Positions 62,971-64,000 of a stretch of DNA of 64,000 nt are shown here, in pieces. How positions within the stretch are numbered: position 1 is the stretch's first letter; each line of letters opens with the position of its first letter. The translations under genes were made by a program, and so were the position numbers. The DNA is taken from positions 128,001 through 192,000 of the forward strand of contig OY970172.1 in NCBI GenBank assembly GCA_963707655.1, read 5' to 3'. Source of the DNA: an uncultured bacterium. GTDB lineage: Bacteria > Babelota > Babeliae > Babelales > Vermiphilaceae. Below the pieces are notes generated by a model. The model searched no databases and was not told where the DNA came from. It saw nothing but the letters and a program-made list of their open reading frames with translations.

Positions 62971-63756
62971 TTATACGGGTTGAGCGCTGTTCGCTGTAGA
63001 TGTCGATGCAGCGGGCTCCGTAGTAGACTTCGATTTCTTTAGAAGTGTCGATTTTTTTGTTGTTAAATTTTCTTTTTTATTTTTCTGTATCAGAGCAACG
63101 AGGCTGTGTGCCGTTGTATCCAAAGCGGCATTTTCTTGTTGGTTTGGCGACTGAAGTTCGGCCCTTGCTCTTGTAGTCAGCTCTAATATATCTTCTGTTG
63201 TTAAATCATTCCCCATTGCCACGGCAGTAATGTCTGCGTAGCGTTTTTCTTTATAAGCAGCATCTCGTGCGGGGTTGTTTATTGCATTTAATAATGCAAT
63301 GTTTGCCGTGTGGCGAAGAAGTATAGAGCTCGTCTTTTGTTGTTGTTGCTGCAAAGAATCAATGTGTTGAAAAGCAACAGCCATGCCATTAACAATTTCT
63401 ATCATTGTCTCATTTTGTTGTCTCGATTTATCTTCGGCTTCTTGCACCATCTCTTGGACTTTTCCTATGTGATCGCACACTGCGTTGTGCATGTCTGTGA
63501 ACTCTTTTTTGCTAACAAAATCGTCGCCAGAGAGTTGAGTAGCGATTGGCGCGAGTTGCGATTCGACTCGTTTAGAAGTTTTTTTGCTACTTGCCCATAC
63601 AACTATTCCTGCTCCCACGGCGCCACCGACGAGTGCCTGAAAGAAGGTGGTGTATTTGGTTACCCACGCAGGCAGCTGCACAGCCGCTGTTTTTTGAGGG
63701 GTAGCTACTAAGAGCAACGCAGCGCACATGCGGATTAGCTTTCTATTATTCATCAT
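62971..63756 (-). CDS. Secreted or membrane-anchored coiled-coil hypothetical protein
   Basis: Start re-called at MMNNRKLIRMCAALLLVA; Gly-rich TM ALVGGAVGAGIVVW; helical body; K/S/T-rich tail. Confidence 0.65.
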   Translation of the reverse strand: MMNNRKLIRMCAALLLVATPQKTAAVQLPAWVTKYTTFFQALVGGAVGAGIVVWASSKKTSKRVESQLAPIATQLSGDDFVSKKEFTDMHNAVCDHIGKVQEMVQEAEDKSRQQNETMIEIVNGMAVAFQHIDSLQQQQQKTSSILLRHTANIALLNAINNPARDAAYKEKRYADITAVAMGNDLTTEDILELTTRARAELQSPNQQENAALDTTAHSLVALIQKNKKENLTTKKSTLLKKSKSTTEPAASTSTANSAQPV

Positions 63757-63966
63757 AAAGAGACCTTCTATCAATTGAAATTTAATGTAGTTTGAAATAA
63801 TTTTACTGCAAGAATTGATAAAAAGCAAAAAATGTTTCTTCTCAGATGGTATGTTAACTTTAAAGAGTAAATGCGATGATGTATTGATTCTTTTCAAGCC
63901 GTTGCTTTTCTATTACAATAACATGAGTATGAAAGATAGCTTTTTGACCCCTCATTGGGATACCAT

Positions 63967-64000
63967 ATGATTGATTTGGCTAAATTACGAGAAAATTCAA
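63967..64000 (+). CDS. serS: Probable start of seryl-tRNA synthetase (truncated by the window edge)
   Basis: MIDLAKLRENS resembles the M[LI]D...[LI]REN start of SerRS; only 11 codons are visible. Confidence 0.45.
   Translation, partial: MIDLAKLRENS

Overview
This window is bacterial chromosomal DNA from an AT-rich, host-associated organism. The most likely lineage is Candidatus Dependentiae/Babelota (TM6), inferred from the many short signal-peptide orphans beginning A-M-[D/E], the TrmD fusion, the absence of rpmD and general protein divergence; a phylogeny is needed to confirm this. It contains a glmM operon with a CdaA-like and a CdaR-like gene, trpS, pcrA/uvrD, hflX, ffh-rpsP-khpA-trmD-rplS, murC, yidC-recR-pepP, an NhaC antiporter, rplM and rseP. 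The str-S10-spc-alpha ribosomal supercluster (27.4-46.8 kb) carries many single-base indels that are probably long-read errors. The rest holds sbcC, a phosphomannomutase, nfo, a tRNA with CAT anticodon (probably Ile2), a zinc-ribbon/RNase HI/SpoIID operon, putP, tatD, hup and probably the start of serS. The best leads are: (1) a diadenylate cyclase homolog that has lost both catalytic motifs yet stays in its cdaA-cdaR-glmM operon; (2) a family of secreted orphans predicted to expose an N-terminal Met-Asp/Met-Glu, including a tandem coiled-coil array with aromatic C-terminal tails; (3) a decayed toxin-immunity islet at 53.6-55.2 kb whose toxin remnant is missing from the ORF track; (4) sequence scars of recent gene duplication or insertion at 21.3/22.4 kb and 59.2/59.6 kb. 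No CRISPR array, rRNA, transposase or integrase was seen. All family assignments come from motif recognition, not database searches.
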